A program made the translations under genes and the position numbers. Shown here piece by piece: positions 31,798 to 42,411 of a stretch of 64,000 nt of DNA. This stretch comes from Thermostichus sp. DRC_bins_24 (lineage in GTDB: Bacteria; Cyanobacteriota; Cyanobacteriia; Thermostichales; Thermostichaceae): the NCBI GenBank assembly GCA_039794845.1, contig JAUQVK010000101.1, positions 50,416-114,415 on the forward strand, given 5' to 3'. The notes beneath the pieces were generated by a model, which did no database searches, was not told the origin of the DNA, and saw only the letters and a program-made list of their open reading frames with translations. Within the stretch, counting starts at the first letter, position 1; each line of letters starts with the position of its first letter.

Positions 31798-33807
31798 CTA
31801 AGCCAGGACAGGATTACTCAGGCGATAGTCTTGCAATTGTAGTTCTTGTCGGATGGGCACACTTTCCAGATAGCCCAATGGGTCTTGTCCATCAAACCGG
31901 GATCCATCGGCAAATAACAAAGCACCCCGGTCATGGGCCCGATCCGGCAAGCCTAACTCTCTGGCGGCAAGGGCATAGGTTTCTGTATCCAATACTTGAT
32001 CGATCACGGAGATCCAATTGCGGGGGAAAGCACAGATCCCCCAACGGGCCATTTGTGTCAAAATCCAGAGATTCTCCAGCTTTTCTGGGCAGGTATTGCG
32101 ACCATTGGCGAACTGGTTAAACCCAACAATCACCTGCGATTCGTCTTGAATGCCCCGCTGTAGGGTACCCATCAACCCCGGTTGTAGATCCTCTGTTGCC
32201 ACTCCCACATAATGAGGTTGCGCCAACCATTCGATGATTTCGGGGCGATGACGTGGCTGATCGCAATACTCACAAGCTTCTAAGAGGGCTTTGACCAGAG
32301 CGATGTGGGTACGGGGATATTTTTGGGCCCATTCTTGACGCACCGTTAAGACTTTTTCGATGTGGCTGGGCAAAATTTCGGGAGTGGTGGTGATGATGAA
32401 GCCCACCTGTTCGCGTACCGCTCTGGAATTCCAGGGTTCGCCGACACAGTAGCCATCGATATTCCCGGCTTTCAGGTTGCTGACCATTTGGGGCGGTGGG
32501 ATCACCGTCAAGGTCACCTCTTGATCGGGGTGAATACCGCCGCTGGCCAGCCAATGCCGCAGAAGGAAATTGTGCATGGAGACCGGATGCACCATTCCCA
32601 GCGTATGTACCTTATCGGGAGTTTGATTGAGGTACTGGCGAAAATCCTCTAGGGTTTGAATGCCCTGCTGTAGAAACTTGTGCCCTAAGGTAATGGCGTT
32701 GCCCCCCCGTGACAAAGTCAGGGCGGTAACCAACGGCACCGGCGTTCCCCCTACCCCCAGGGTAGATGCCAAAGGGATCCCGGCCACTGCCGCCGCTGCA
32801 TCCAATCGACCCGAACGGATCCCTTCCGCCAGGATTTTCCAGCCTGGTTCTCGCACCAAGGTAATATCTTCTAGGCCATATTTTTGAAAGAAACCCTTTT
32901 CTTTGGCCACCACCAAAGGGGCACAGTCTGTGAGGGGAACAAAGCCAATTTCCAGATTGACTTTTTCCAGGCCATGTTTGGCGACAGCAACACGGATGGG
33001 AGTTTTTTTCTTGGCTCGTTTTTGCTGGTTGAGAAAGTAGATCATCTCCCCCCGCAGACTGTAGTAATCGGGATGATTGACCACTTCTAAACGATGCCGA
33101 GGGCGCGGGAAAGGCACAGACAAAATTTGCCCAATTTGGGCGGCAGGGCCGTTGGTGAGCATCACCACCCGATCCGAAAGCAAGAGCGCCTCATCCACAT
33201 CATGGGTCACCATCACGCAGGTGAGGTGTTCCGCCTGGGCGATATCCATCAATTGCTCCTGCAGATTGCCACGGGTGAGGGCATCCAGGGCACCAAACGG
33301 TTCATCCAGTAGCAACACCCGCGGACGAATGGCCAAAGCACGAGCAATGGCCACCCGCTGCTTCATCCCCCCCGACAGATGGGCCGGTCGTTTGTCGGCG
33401 GCAGCTTGTAACCCGACGCGACGGATATGCTCTTCCACGATCTGTTGTCGCTGGGCTTTGGGCTGGGATCCCAACACTTCATCCACCGCCAGGGCAATGT
33501 TTTCCCGCACCGTCAGCCAGGGCAACAGCGAATAGTTCTGAAACACCACCATCCGCTCTGGGCCAGGATCTCTCACCTGTCGCCCTTCCAGAAGAATGCC
33601 CCCTTGGGAGGGTTTATCCAATCCGGCAATGATATTGAGCAGAGTGGATTTACCACAGCCGGAGTGCCCAATCAGAGAAACAAATTCCCCTTTTTGAATC
33701 TCCAGATGGATCCCTTTCAGGGCTGGGTAAAGTTCACCATTACCCAACAGAAAACTTTTATCAATATGATCAACTTCAATATAGGGTTGAGTTTTCATGA
33801 TCTTCAC
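31798..33807 (-). CDS. nrtC: Nitrate ABC transporter ATPase NrtC with C-terminal NrtA-like domain
   Basis: ABC domain followed by GFVPLTDCAPL...YCVGEPWN. Confidence 0.95.
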   Translation of the reverse strand: MKIMKTQPYIEVDHIDKSFLLGNGELYPALKGIHLEIQKGEFVSLIGHSGCGKSTLLNIIAGLDKPSQGGILLEGRQVRDPGPERMVVFQNYSLLPWLTVRENIALAVDEVLGSQPKAQRQQIVEEHIRRVGLQAAADKRPAHLSGGMKQRVAIARALAIRPRVLLLDEPFGALDALTRGNLQEQLMDIAQAEHLTCVMVTHDVDEALLLSDRVVMLTNGPAAQIGQILSVPFPRPRHRLEVVNHPDYYSLRGEMIYFLNQQKRAKKKTPIRVAVAKHGLEKVNLEIGFVPLTDCAPLVVAKEKGFFQKYGLEDITLVREPGWKILAEGIRSGRLDAAAAVAGIPLASTLGVGGTPVPLVTALTLSRGGNAITLGHKFLQQGIQTLEDFRQYLNQTPDKVHTLGMVHPVSMHNFLLRHWLASGGIHPDQEVTLTVIPPPQMVSNLKAGNIDGYCVGEPWNSRAVREQVGFIITTTPEILPSHIEKVLTVRQEWAQKYPRTHIALVKALLEACEYCDQPRHRPEIIEWLAQPHYVGVATEDLQPGLMGTLQRGIQDESQVIVGFNQFANGRNTCPEKLENLWILTQMARWGICAFPRNWISVIDQVLDTETYALAARELGLPDRAHDRGALLFADGSRFDGQDPLGYLESVPIRQELQLQDYRLSNPVLA

Positions 33808-33860
33808 CTAAGGGAGCCTTTGCCAATATGAATCTAGAGCCGTGAATTCAGAGCTTTGAA

Positions 33861-34829
33861 TTAGTGATCTTCTGCAACAACCAGCGAACCAATCCAGGCC
33901 ATTAATCGATCCAACAGAAGGCCAACAATCCCGACATAAATCAAGGCCAAAATAATTTCGCTGATGCGAGAACTATTCCAGGCATCCCAGATAAAGAAGC
34001 CGATGCCCACGCCCCCAATCAACATTTCGGCAGCCACGATTGCCAACCAAGACAACCCCACCCCAATCCGCAAGCCTGTAAAGATGTAGGGTACTGTTGC
34101 CGGAAAGACAATCTTAAAGAAATACTTCCAGCCCGACATGCGCACAATGCGGGCCACATTGCGGTAATCCTGTGGGATCCGTTGCACTCCCACGGTGGTG
34201 TTGATCAAAATCGGCCAAATGGCAGTGATAAAAATTACGAAAATAGCCGAGGGGTTGGCATCCCGAAAGGCCGCCAGGGAAATGGGCAACCAAGCCAAAG
34301 GTGGCACCGTCCGCAAAACTTGGAAGATGGGATCCACTGCCTCGTGCAGCCAGCGATTCACCCCGATCACCATGCCTAAGCCCACCCCCACGATGGCCGC
34401 CAAGGTGAAGCCAATCGCCACCCGTCGCAGGCTGGCCCAAATTTGCCAAAACAGCCCTTTGTCATTGCCGCCGTAATCAAAGAAAGGATCTTTGATCAGG
34501 GGATCCCAGGTATCCCTCCAAACTTGGGCGGGGGTAGGCAAATTGGCCCCAGGTTGACTGTAAATAATTTGCCAGATCAGCAACACCACCAGAATTGCCG
34601 TAATCGGCAAGAGAATGCGGCGCAATGCTTTGTAGAGCTTGATCCTTTCTATCCAAGCGGAGCGGGGGCTGGAGCCAGAACTAGAGGAAGTATTGGCAAC
34701 GGCTTTGAGTTGTAGGGCATGGCTTTGCAGCAGGCTCCATAGCCATTGACCGAAGCTCCCGATGAGGGGCAACAGGATGCGGAAGAGGTCATACCCGATC
34801 TTGAGGGTATTGCGGAGTGTAGGGTTCAT
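33861..34829 (-). CDS. nrtB: Nitrate ABC transporter permease
   Basis: DPIFQVLRTVPPLAWLP, WLAIVAAEM. Confidence 0.95.
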   Translation of the reverse strand: MNPTLRNTLKIGYDLFRILLPLIGSFGQWLWSLLQSHALQLKAVANTSSSSGSSPRSAWIERIKLYKALRRILLPITAILVVLLIWQIIYSQPGANLPTPAQVWRDTWDPLIKDPFFDYGGNDKGLFWQIWASLRRVAIGFTLAAIVGVGLGMVIGVNRWLHEAVDPIFQVLRTVPPLAWLPISLAAFRDANPSAIFVIFITAIWPILINTTVGVQRIPQDYRNVARIVRMSGWKYFFKIVFPATVPYIFTGLRIGVGLSWLAIVAAEMLIGGVGIGFFIWDAWNSSRISEIILALIYVGIVGLLLDRLMAWIGSLVVAEDH

Positions 34830-34951
34830 GGTTGGCGGGGGGCTGAGGGTTGATGCAAAAATAAAGGAAAGAGGAGAGAAAAGGGGTCTGATTTGAACCG
34901 TTTGAAGGTGGATCCCTTCCCTCTCCAGTAGGGCATCCTGAACGGGTTGAG

Positions 34952-36271
34952 TTAGGCCAGTTTTTTGATGGCCAGACCCTCGAGATAGGCTCCGGGGTTT
35001 TCTGGATCGAATTGCACCCCGTCAAAGAAGGTTTCTACGCCGCGGGAGGTGCTTGCAGGAATGGCAGATTCTTGGCCAATGGCTTTGGCTGCTTCTCGCC
35101 ATAGATCTTCCCGATTCACCTGCTCGACCAAAGCTTGGGTATCGGTATCGGCGGGCAGGTAGCCCCAGCGAATGTCTTCAGTTAAAAACCAAAGATCATG
35201 GCTCTTGAAGGGATAGGAAGCATCCTCGATCCAGAACTTCATCACATGGGGGCTGTTTTCCACAATTCTTCCGGTGCCGTAGTCGAAGGTGCCCTGGGCA
35301 CGGCCCAAAATATCCTCCACCGGGATCCCCAACCAACGGCGCTGGGCCAGGATCCGGCACATTTCCTCTTTGTTTTCCGGTTGATCACACCAGAGTTGGG
35401 CCTCTTGTACCGCCTTGAGCAGAGCTAGGGCAGCTTTGGGATGGGCATCCACCCAATCGGCGCGCATTCCCAAGGATTTTTCGGGGTGATTGTTCCACAG
35501 TTCGCCGGTGGTTAAAGCAGAATAGCCCTCTTTTTGGTTGATTAATTGAGCGTTCCAGGGTTCGCCCACACAGAAGGCTTCCATGGTGCGGGATTTCATG
35601 TTGGCCACCATCTGCGGCGGCGGCACCACAATTGTGGAAACGTCATTATTGGGATCAATTCCTCCGGCAGAGAGCCAGTAGCGCATCCACAAATCATGGG
35701 TGCCCCCCGGAAAGGTCACGGCACATTTGGGATCCCCACCGGCAGCGCGGGCTTCAGCAAATTTGGCCTTGAGTGGAGAGCTATCTAGGCCAATTTCCAA
35801 GTCTCGGTAGGTATTGGCGATGCTGATACCCTGACCATCCACATTCAAACGGGCCAAAATGTACATGGGCACGGGCCGACCATCGGTGACTTTGCCGGTG
35901 CTGATTAAGTAGGGCATGGGGGTGAGAATGTGTGCCCCATCAATGCCGCCGGATCCGGATCCCAGCACCAGGTTGTCGCGGGTGGTGCCCCAAGAGGCTT
36001 GCTTTTCCACCTCCACATCTTTCATGCCGTACTTTTCAAATAGCCCTTTTTCTTTGGCGATGATCAGGGGAGCGGCATCCGTCAGGGCGATAAAGCCCAA
36101 CTTGGCCCGGGTGGTCTCCGGGGTATCTGCTTGAGCGATCCAGTAGCCACTGCCCAACGATTGCGACCGGGCACGGGGGATCCCGGCGGTAACGGCTCCG
36201 GCGGTGAGGGCGGCGGCTCCGGCCAAAAACTGTCGACGAGAAACGGATGAAGATGACTTGAACATAAACAA
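34952..36271 (-). CDS. nrtA: Nitrate/nitrite-binding protein
   Basis: Tat signal SRRQFL; LGFIALTDAAPLIIAKEKG, TFPGGTHDLW, CVGEPWN. Confidence 0.95.
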   Translation of the reverse strand: MFMFKSSSSVSRRQFLAGAAALTAGAVTAGIPRARSQSLGSGYWIAQADTPETTRAKLGFIALTDAAPLIIAKEKGLFEKYGMKDVEVEKQASWGTTRDNLVLGSGSGGIDGAHILTPMPYLISTGKVTDGRPVPMYILARLNVDGQGISIANTYRDLEIGLDSSPLKAKFAEARAAGGDPKCAVTFPGGTHDLWMRYWLSAGGIDPNNDVSTIVVPPPQMVANMKSRTMEAFCVGEPWNAQLINQKEGYSALTTGELWNNHPEKSLGMRADWVDAHPKAALALLKAVQEAQLWCDQPENKEEMCRILAQRRWLGIPVEDILGRAQGTFDYGTGRIVENSPHVMKFWIEDASYPFKSHDLWFLTEDIRWGYLPADTDTQALVEQVNREDLWREAAKAIGQESAIPASTSRGVETFFDGVQFDPENPGAYLEGLAIKKLA

Positions 36272-36405
36272 CTCCTTGTCTTGAGACGTAAATGAATGAA
36301 TGAATGGGGGAAGATCCGTGAGAACGGTTGAGAATCCGCGAGAATCCTAATGAGAATCAACGCAATGGAACGGTGCTCCAGGGATAAGTTCCCGAATGGG
36401 GATCC

Positions 36406-37965
36406 CTAGCCGATGGCCACCGGATCCGACAGGGAAGGCGGTTCTGGGGTGGGGAGGCTCTGGCGTCGCCGGGCCCCAAAGTGCTCGATCAGCAGCTCCA
36501 CCAAGACGGGTTTCAGGTCTTCGCAAGGGATCCCTTTGCGCACACACTCACCCAACTTGGCGTCTTTGCCCACTTCCCCCCCCATGTAGATATCCACGGC
36601 CTCCACGGGTTTGCCGTCTTTACGAGCAGTGGTGCCCATCAGGCCAATATCTGCCACCTGCGGTTGACCACAGGAGTTGGGGCAGCCCGTCCAGTGGATG
36701 CGCACCGTCTGGGGCAGATCCAGCTCCTGCTCCAAACTTTCCATCAGGGCCACCGCCTGATTTTTGGTCTCGATCAGGGCAAAGTTACAAAACTGATTGC
36801 CGGTGCAGGACACCAACCCCCGCTGCAACGGCCCTGGGTTGGGGGAAAACTTTTTCAAGAGGGGCTCTTTGAGCAGGGGGGCCACCCGCGAATCCGGCAC
36901 ATTGGGGATCAGCAGATTCTGCTCTACCGTCAAGCGCAGCTCTCCAGATCCGTATACCTCCGCCATGCGGGCCAGCTCCATCATCTCCAGGGCGTTAAGC
37001 CGCCCCACCGGAACATGCAGGCCGACAAAGTTCAACCCCGGCTGCTTCTGGGCATGTACCCCGATCAAATCCCGCTTGTGCCAAAGCACTTCATCCTTTT
37101 CGGCGGCGGTGGGCAAGGCATGGCCGATCTGACGTTCCAAGGTGGCCCGGAACTTAGGGATCCCCCACTCATCCACCAACCACATCAGCCGGGATTTTTG
37201 CCGATTGGCCCGCAGGCCGTGATCCCGATAGACCAACAACACCGCCTCACAGATGGCCACCACATCTCGCGGATCCGCCCAGACATCCAAGGGGATGGCC
37301 TCCGCACAGCGACGGGCCGAGAAAAAGCCCCCCACCAGCACGTTGAAGCCCAGTTTGCCGTTTTTGAAGGCGGGCACAAAGGCCAAGTCGTTGATCTCGG
37401 CATGCACGGAGTTATCTCGACAGCCGGCGATGGCGATGTTGAACTTGCGGGGGAGATTACTAAAAGATTCATTCCCCTCGCCGTTGTTGGTGATCATGTC
37501 CTGCACCTTGCGGGTGAGGCCACGCACATCGATCAGCTCATCCGGGTCAATGCCCGCCAAGGGGGATCCCGTGATATTGCGCACGTTATCCATGCCGGAT
37601 TGCACACTGGTGAGGCCGACATCCTTCAAATAGCCCAGGATCTGGGGCATTTCTTCAATGGGGATACCCCGCAGTTGGATATTTTGCCGGGTGGTGATGT
37701 CCGCCACGCCATCTTTCCCGTAGGGATGGATGATCGCCCCCAGCATGCGCATCTGACCGCTGGTGAGAATGCCATTGGGAATGCGCAGCCGCAGCATGAA
37801 CTGGCCCGGGGTGCGCTTGCGCCAAAAGATCCCCAACCACTTGAGGCGATGATCCCGGTCGTCTTCAGGAATGTTTTCCCAACCCAACCGGGCAAATTCC
37901 TCCAGCTCGGCCTTAACCGCCAGCCCATCTTTCTCGCTTTTAATGCGTTCAAATTGGTTCGCCAT
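36406..37965 (-). CDS. nirA: Ferredoxin-nitrite reductase
   Basis: ITTRQNIQLRG, LPRKFNIA, CTGNQFC, TGCPNSCGQ; start set at MANQFE because the upstream TTG lies within the predicted promoter. Confidence 0.97.
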   Translation of the reverse strand: MANQFERIKSEKDGLAVKAELEEFARLGWENIPEDDRDHRLKWLGIFWRKRTPGQFMLRLRIPNGILTSGQMRMLGAIIHPYGKDGVADITTRQNIQLRGIPIEEMPQILGYLKDVGLTSVQSGMDNVRNITGSPLAGIDPDELIDVRGLTRKVQDMITNNGEGNESFSNLPRKFNIAIAGCRDNSVHAEINDLAFVPAFKNGKLGFNVLVGGFFSARRCAEAIPLDVWADPRDVVAICEAVLLVYRDHGLRANRQKSRLMWLVDEWGIPKFRATLERQIGHALPTAAEKDEVLWHKRDLIGVHAQKQPGLNFVGLHVPVGRLNALEMMELARMAEVYGSGELRLTVEQNLLIPNVPDSRVAPLLKEPLLKKFSPNPGPLQRGLVSCTGNQFCNFALIETKNQAVALMESLEQELDLPQTVRIHWTGCPNSCGQPQVADIGLMGTTARKDGKPVEAVDIYMGGEVGKDAKLGECVRKGIPCEDLKPVLVELLIEHFGARRRQSLPTPEPPSLSDPVAIG

Positions 37966-37993
37966 TGTCGCCGCCGTGGGGTTAATGTACGCC

Positions 37994-38066
37994 ACCTTAG
38001 CGATTGTCAATCTTCAACTTTGGTATTCAACGTTACGGTTTGTCACAAGTTATGCGTTTTTGTCAT
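37994..38066 (-). promoter_or_regulatory. NtcA-activated nirA promoter with probable NtcB site
   Basis: GTA-N8-TAC at 38023-38036; TAAGGT -10 box 23 nt downstream (37999-37994); AT-N11-AT LysR-type site at 38052-38066. Confidence 0.85.
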
Positions 38067-38153
38067 GCAAGACTTGCGCTTTGTGCATTTCTCTGCTCTG
38101 GTCTCAGCGAACCACACTTCAAAGCGAAGGGATCCCTTGAGCAGTTCAGCCCT

Positions 38154-39257
38154 TTATTGAAGCAGGCGGGGTGGAACACCCAGCCTTCCGGCGGGCGTTA
38201 AATCTTGAAGGGGAGGAATCGGGTCACAATCGTAGAGGGTTGTCCTGTAGCGGTAAGTCCGCGGGGCTCCGCCATTGAAGCGAATGTCGCTAATTTCAAA
38301 GTCGTAGTCTCGGTTGGGCTGCACAAAGCCGACGGAATAGGTGAGGGTGTCCAAACCAAAGGCGGGATCCCCAACTCGAATGTTGCTCACCGGAACGGGA
38401 TCCCCGGTTTGGGCGTCCGTGATCCGCACCTGTGCCTGGCTGAGATCGGATGCCCCCCCACGGCTGGGCACGGAAAAAGACCAGCGGTACGCATTCAGGG
38501 GTTGATTGGAAAACCCCTTTAGGCGGTAGAGGTAGCCATCTTTTTCGGGAAAGGCGATGAACTCCGGATCCGGAACGCTCTCATCGAAGCCGAAGATCCA
38601 GTTGGCATTGGCCTGGGTTACTCGTCCGGCGCGGGGATCGTAAACAATGGCATAGGCTCCTTGGCGGTACTGGGGGTAAAGATTCCAGCGACGGTGCCCC
38701 ACATCGACGACATTTTCTACCCCGGGCTCCGCAAAATAGATATCCACCTGTCGGGCCAAAATGCGCCCTGGATCAGGGCCATTCAGCTCCAAAATCGGGC
38801 CAATTGCCAGATTGCTAAATCGGGATCCCTCTTCTCCGGCCGGGGTAAAACACCGCCAAGAGGGGGGTGGCGTATGGCTGAGGGTTCCGTTGGCCACCTG
38901 CATCAGGGCAGCTTCTTGAGCCGCCTGCAAAAACTCAGCATTCAGATCCACCGGGGGCAACAGATGCAGAAGCCGCAGAAAGTTTAGGCGATCCATCATC
39001 TTCTGGGCTGCGGCTGCTGTCAGGCGACCCGGATTACAGGTGGCCGCATCTGGGGGCACGGCGTAGATTGGCCCAGAAAAGGTGCGGGTCTCCCGATCCA
39101 ATTGACACAGCAGGCTGGCAATCGGCGCTTCCCCGGCAGGGGGTGGCCCCAATGAAAAGGGGGATCCCTCGCCCCCCCCACAGGCAACCAGTAGGCAAAG
39201 GCAGAGGATCCCCAGGAACAAGTGCTTCCCAAGTCTGGGCAGCCGGTGCAAAACCAT
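38154..39257 (-). CDS. CAP/SCP-domain lipoprotein
   Basis: Lipobox LVAC; LNFLRLLHLL, LSHTPP, SNLA, VGHRRWNL. Confidence 0.8.
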   Translation of the reverse strand: MVLHRLPRLGKHLFLGILCLCLLVACGGGEGSPFSLGPPPAGEAPIASLLCQLDRETRTFSGPIYAVPPDAATCNPGRLTAAAAQKMMDRLNFLRLLHLLPPVDLNAEFLQAAQEAALMQVANGTLSHTPPPSWRCFTPAGEEGSRFSNLAIGPILELNGPDPGRILARQVDIYFAEPGVENVVDVGHRRWNLYPQYRQGAYAIVYDPRAGRVTQANANWIFGFDESVPDPEFIAFPEKDGYLYRLKGFSNQPLNAYRWSFSVPSRGGASDLSQAQVRITDAQTGDPVPVSNIRVGDPAFGLDTLTYSVGFVQPNRDYDFEISDIRFNGGAPRTYRYRTTLYDCDPIPPLQDLTPAGRLGVPPRLLQ

Positions 39258-39274
39258 GCAAAAACCAGATGGAA

Positions 39275-39424
39275 CTATTCGCTAGCAGGGGTGGGGGTGA
39301 TGCTTGGGGGGCTAACCGTGCTAGAACCACCACCCTCATCACAGGCGGGCAAAAGCCCCAGAAAAACGAACAAGGCGAGGGCAGCCAGTAGCTGGCGAGT
39401 CACCCTAGGTTGCAATGAAGCCAT
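39275..39424 (-). CDS. Possible 49-aa lipoprotein or truncated lipoprotein gene
   Basis: MASLQPRVTRQLLAALALFVFLGLLPA-CDEGGGSS... Confidence 0.4.
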   Translation of the reverse strand: MASLQPRVTRQLLAALALFVFLGLLPACDEGGGSSTVSPPSITPTPASE

Positions 39425-39666
39425 CACAACAAACCTCCTAAACTCTGCCGGGTTTGCCCTTGTTCTATCATTCAGCCAGACGGGTTGCAGGAGGGTAGCC
39501 AGGGCCAGCAAGAGCCTAAGTCAAGAGATGCTCATCAAACCCAGGCAGCTCTACTAGACCTAGAACGTGACCTCAGAGCTACCCCTACCGATAGCGCCCT
39601 GACGGATTCCTGCAACTCTCCTTACGCTTGAGCGAAAGATTACCTCCTTCAAGTCACCTTGTTCAT

Positions 39667-40692
39667 CTAAGAACCGCTGTAGGATGCCTCGGTGAGCGAG
39701 GATCCCTGATAAACACGGGTAGGGGGCGGAAAACCGTAGGCGGTGCCATCCTTGTGAATTACCTGATCTTCCCAGGGCAGGCGATAGACCCCCTTCACCA
39801 AATCCTGCATGTAGGTGTAGGGGCAATCTTGGGCTCCCCCTTTTACGGCCACATAGCCCCGATGCCCAAATTGATAGATGTTGTTCTCCACCCCCCAATG
39901 AATGCGAGCTTCCCGCACCAAATCTGGGCGCACTTCGGCGGTAATAATCTCATCCGGGCGATGGGATCCCATCACTAGGGGGGTGCCATCGAAATTGCAG
40001 ATCATCCCCTCCCCCATCGAGTCAAAAGTACCATCGGATCCGCACATACACACCGAAGCCGTGACCATCAAATTGCAAAAGGCATTGGCCTGATTGGTGA
40101 TCTGCCAGCTATGGCGAATCGGGGCGGTATATCCAGCTGTGCGCAACATGATCTCGGCCCCTTTGTAGGCACATTCGCGGGCCATTTCCGGGAACATGCC
40201 ATCATGACAAATGATCAGGGCTATTTTTGAGCCATTGGGGCCATCACAGACCGGGATCCCTAAATTTCCCGGTTCCCAAGGTTCCACCGGGATCCAGGGA
40301 TGCAACTTGCGATAGTACAGTTGCAAGTTCCCTTGGTTGTCGAGAATGATGCCGCTGTTGTAGGGGTTGCCGTGGGGATTGTACTCCATGATCGAGAAGC
40401 AGCCCCAGATATTGTGCTCTCGACAGGCAGCACTGAAAGCCGCCACCTCCGGCCCATCCAAGCGGCACATAATCTCTGGGTTGGTATCCATGGACAGGCC
40501 GTGCAAAGCATACTCTGGAAAGACCACCAAATCCATGCTGGGCATACTGCGGCGAGCCTTGCCCACCATGCTGACCACCTTTTGGGTTTGCGCCGCCAAA
40601 TCCTCTGGGGTGACGACATTGGGCAGTTGCAATTGCACCAAGCCCAACACCACGCCATTGGGGGTTTTGTTGAGGCCGCCAAGTCCGCTCAT
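39667..40692 (-). CDS. Formamidase (nitrilase superfamily, AmiF-type)
   Basis: MSGLGGLNK start; catalytic triad in FPEY, YRKLHPW and ICHDG. Confidence 0.9.
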   Translation of the reverse strand: MSGLGGLNKTPNGVVLGLVQLQLPNVVTPEDLAAQTQKVVSMVGKARRSMPSMDLVVFPEYALHGLSMDTNPEIMCRLDGPEVAAFSAACREHNIWGCFSIMEYNPHGNPYNSGIILDNQGNLQLYYRKLHPWIPVEPWEPGNLGIPVCDGPNGSKIALIICHDGMFPEMARECAYKGAEIMLRTAGYTAPIRHSWQITNQANAFCNLMVTASVCMCGSDGTFDSMGEGMICNFDGTPLVMGSHRPDEIITAEVRPDLVREARIHWGVENNIYQFGHRGYVAVKGGAQDCPYTYMQDLVKGVYRLPWEDQVIHKDGTAYGFPPPTRVYQGSSLTEASYSGS

Positions 40693-40728
40693 GTTCAGAA
40701 TCCTTTGTCAAATGAATGGTGAAATGGG

Positions 40729-41370
40729 TTAGAGAGTGGCTCGAATGGATTTAAGCACTTGCAAAAGCCGATGGATGGATTTGCGATCTAGCAACCATAG
40801 CTTGGGCAAGTAATGATAGGTGGGGGGAGAGCCTCGCTGCAAGAAAAAGAATTGATAATCTTCACCATTGGTAGCCAATCCCCAAACATGATCTTGAGAT
40901 TCAATTCCTCTGTAGGCATAGGTTAACAGCTGTGCTGTTGCCAGCCTAGTCGACCCAATACCTGCTTTGGTCTCAATCACAAGGATCCAGAAGGATTTTT
41001 TTTGCTCCCGCTGTAGGACTAACAAATCCATTCGTCCTGTGATCAGGAGATTCTCATCGTCTTGACGAATGTTGATCTCTTCGATATTTTCTTCTAGATC
41101 AATATAAATCTCTTCAGAGAAAAATCCTGCCAGTTTTAACAGTGGAGAAACAAACAGAAATTTGACTTGCCCTTCATTCAAGGTACCCTCTGCCAGATAG
41201 CTGAAATACAGATCCTGCAGTTGGGTAAGCTCGGCAATTTCCTGTTCAGTCAGAGAGGGTAAGTCCAGTTTCTCCTCGAACTCTAAAGAGTCTCCCCGGC
41301 GTAAACCCAAGAGCTCGTGGACTTCTCTCAGAGTCAGGGTATTGGCAGGCCGGGTTTGCACAGCGGTCAT
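40729..41370 (-). CDS. PD-(D/E)XK restriction endonuclease-like protein (HsdR N-terminal-like)
   Basis: NEGQVK...GRMDLLV...VIETK...AQLLTY...GLATNG. Confidence 0.85.
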   Translation of the reverse strand: MTAVQTRPANTLTLREVHELLGLRRGDSLEFEEKLDLPSLTEQEIAELTQLQDLYFSYLAEGTLNEGQVKFLFVSPLLKLAGFFSEEIYIDLEENIEEINIRQDDENLLITGRMDLLVLQREQKKSFWILVIETKAGIGSTRLATAQLLTYAYRGIESQDHVWGLATNGEDYQFFFLQRGSPPTYHYLPKLWLLDRKSIHRLLQVLKSIRATL

Positions 41371-41427
41371 AACAAGGGGATCCCTTGATCGGGTTACTTC
41401 GACTATAGCCAGTTAACCAGCTCGGGG

Positions 41428-42375
41428 TTACTTCCCTGTCCCCAAGGCTCCGGGCATACCCGCCAAGGTGCGCCGAGGAGAACTGGTGAGGATCATGATC
41501 CCCAAGGTTAAGACATAGGGAGCGGCATTCCAGAGGTAGTAGTTGGATTGCACCCCCACCGACTGCAGGGCTGGCCCAATTGCTTGGGCCCCCCCGAACA
41601 AGAAAGCCGCCAACAAACACTGCAACGGGTTCCATTTGGCGAAGATCACCAACGCCACCGCCATCAAGCCTTGTCCGCTGGAGATGCGCTCAGTCCAACT
41701 GCCGGGGAAATAGAGAGATAGGCAAGCCCCGCCCACGGCTGCCAATAGGCTGCCCACCATGATGCAGAGGGTGCGCACCTTCGGTACCGAGATGGCCATC
41801 GCTCTTGCTGCTTCAGGGTTATCCCCTACCGCCCGCACAAACAAACCCCAACGGGTAGCTCGGAAAAACCAGTGCATCCCGAAAGCCAGAAGGGTCCCCA
41901 AGAGTAAGAGGGGATTCAGCTTCAAAGCAGCCCGAACGGCAGCATGGCTACTCCATCCCCCCAGTTCAAAAGCAGGCAACTGGGGAGCGACCGGCTGGAT
42001 AAAGGGCTTGCCCAGATAAAAGGCCAGGCCACTGCCGAAGATGATCATGGCAATGCCCACCGCCACATCATTCACCCGCGGCTGCTGGGCCAGAAAGGCA
42101 TGGATCCCCCCCAAAGCCAACCCGGCGAACCCCGCCACCAACACCCCCAACCACGGAGCCATCAGCGTACCGGCAGTGTTTTGGGTGAGGAAGGAAATGG
42201 CATAGGCGCTCATCGCCCCCATCAACAGGGATCCCTCGAGGCCGAGGTTGATTTTGCCGCTTTTTTCCGTCAGGCATTCCCCCAAACTGACGAATAGAAA
42301 GGGCGCACTCCCCCGCAGGGTTCCTGCCACCACCGCCAAGGGTACCCCCCACCATCCCAGTGCATCTGTTGTCAT
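41428..42375 (-). CDS. ABC transporter permease (nucleoside/CUT2 type)
   Basis: GECLTEKSGKINLGLEG, RAVGDNPEAA, GQGLMAVALV. Confidence 0.93.
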   Translation of the reverse strand: MTTDALGWWGVPLAVVAGTLRGSAPFLFVSLGECLTEKSGKINLGLEGSLLMGAMSAYAISFLTQNTAGTLMAPWLGVLVAGFAGLALGGIHAFLAQQPRVNDVAVGIAMIIFGSGLAFYLGKPFIQPVAPQLPAFELGGWSSHAAVRAALKLNPLLLLGTLLAFGMHWFFRATRWGLFVRAVGDNPEAARAMAISVPKVRTLCIMVGSLLAAVGGACLSLYFPGSWTERISSGQGLMAVALVIFAKWNPLQCLLAAFLFGGAQAIGPALQSVGVQSNYYLWNAAPYVLTLGIMILTSSPRRTLAGMPGALGTGK

Positions 42376-42411
42376 GTCCGGTTTTCTCCTTATTTGTGAT
42401 TGAGCTGAACT

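Noticed and set aside
36481..38160. 559-aa plus-strand ORF
   Set aside because: Antisense shadow of nirA in GC-rich coding DNA, with no recognisable motifs.
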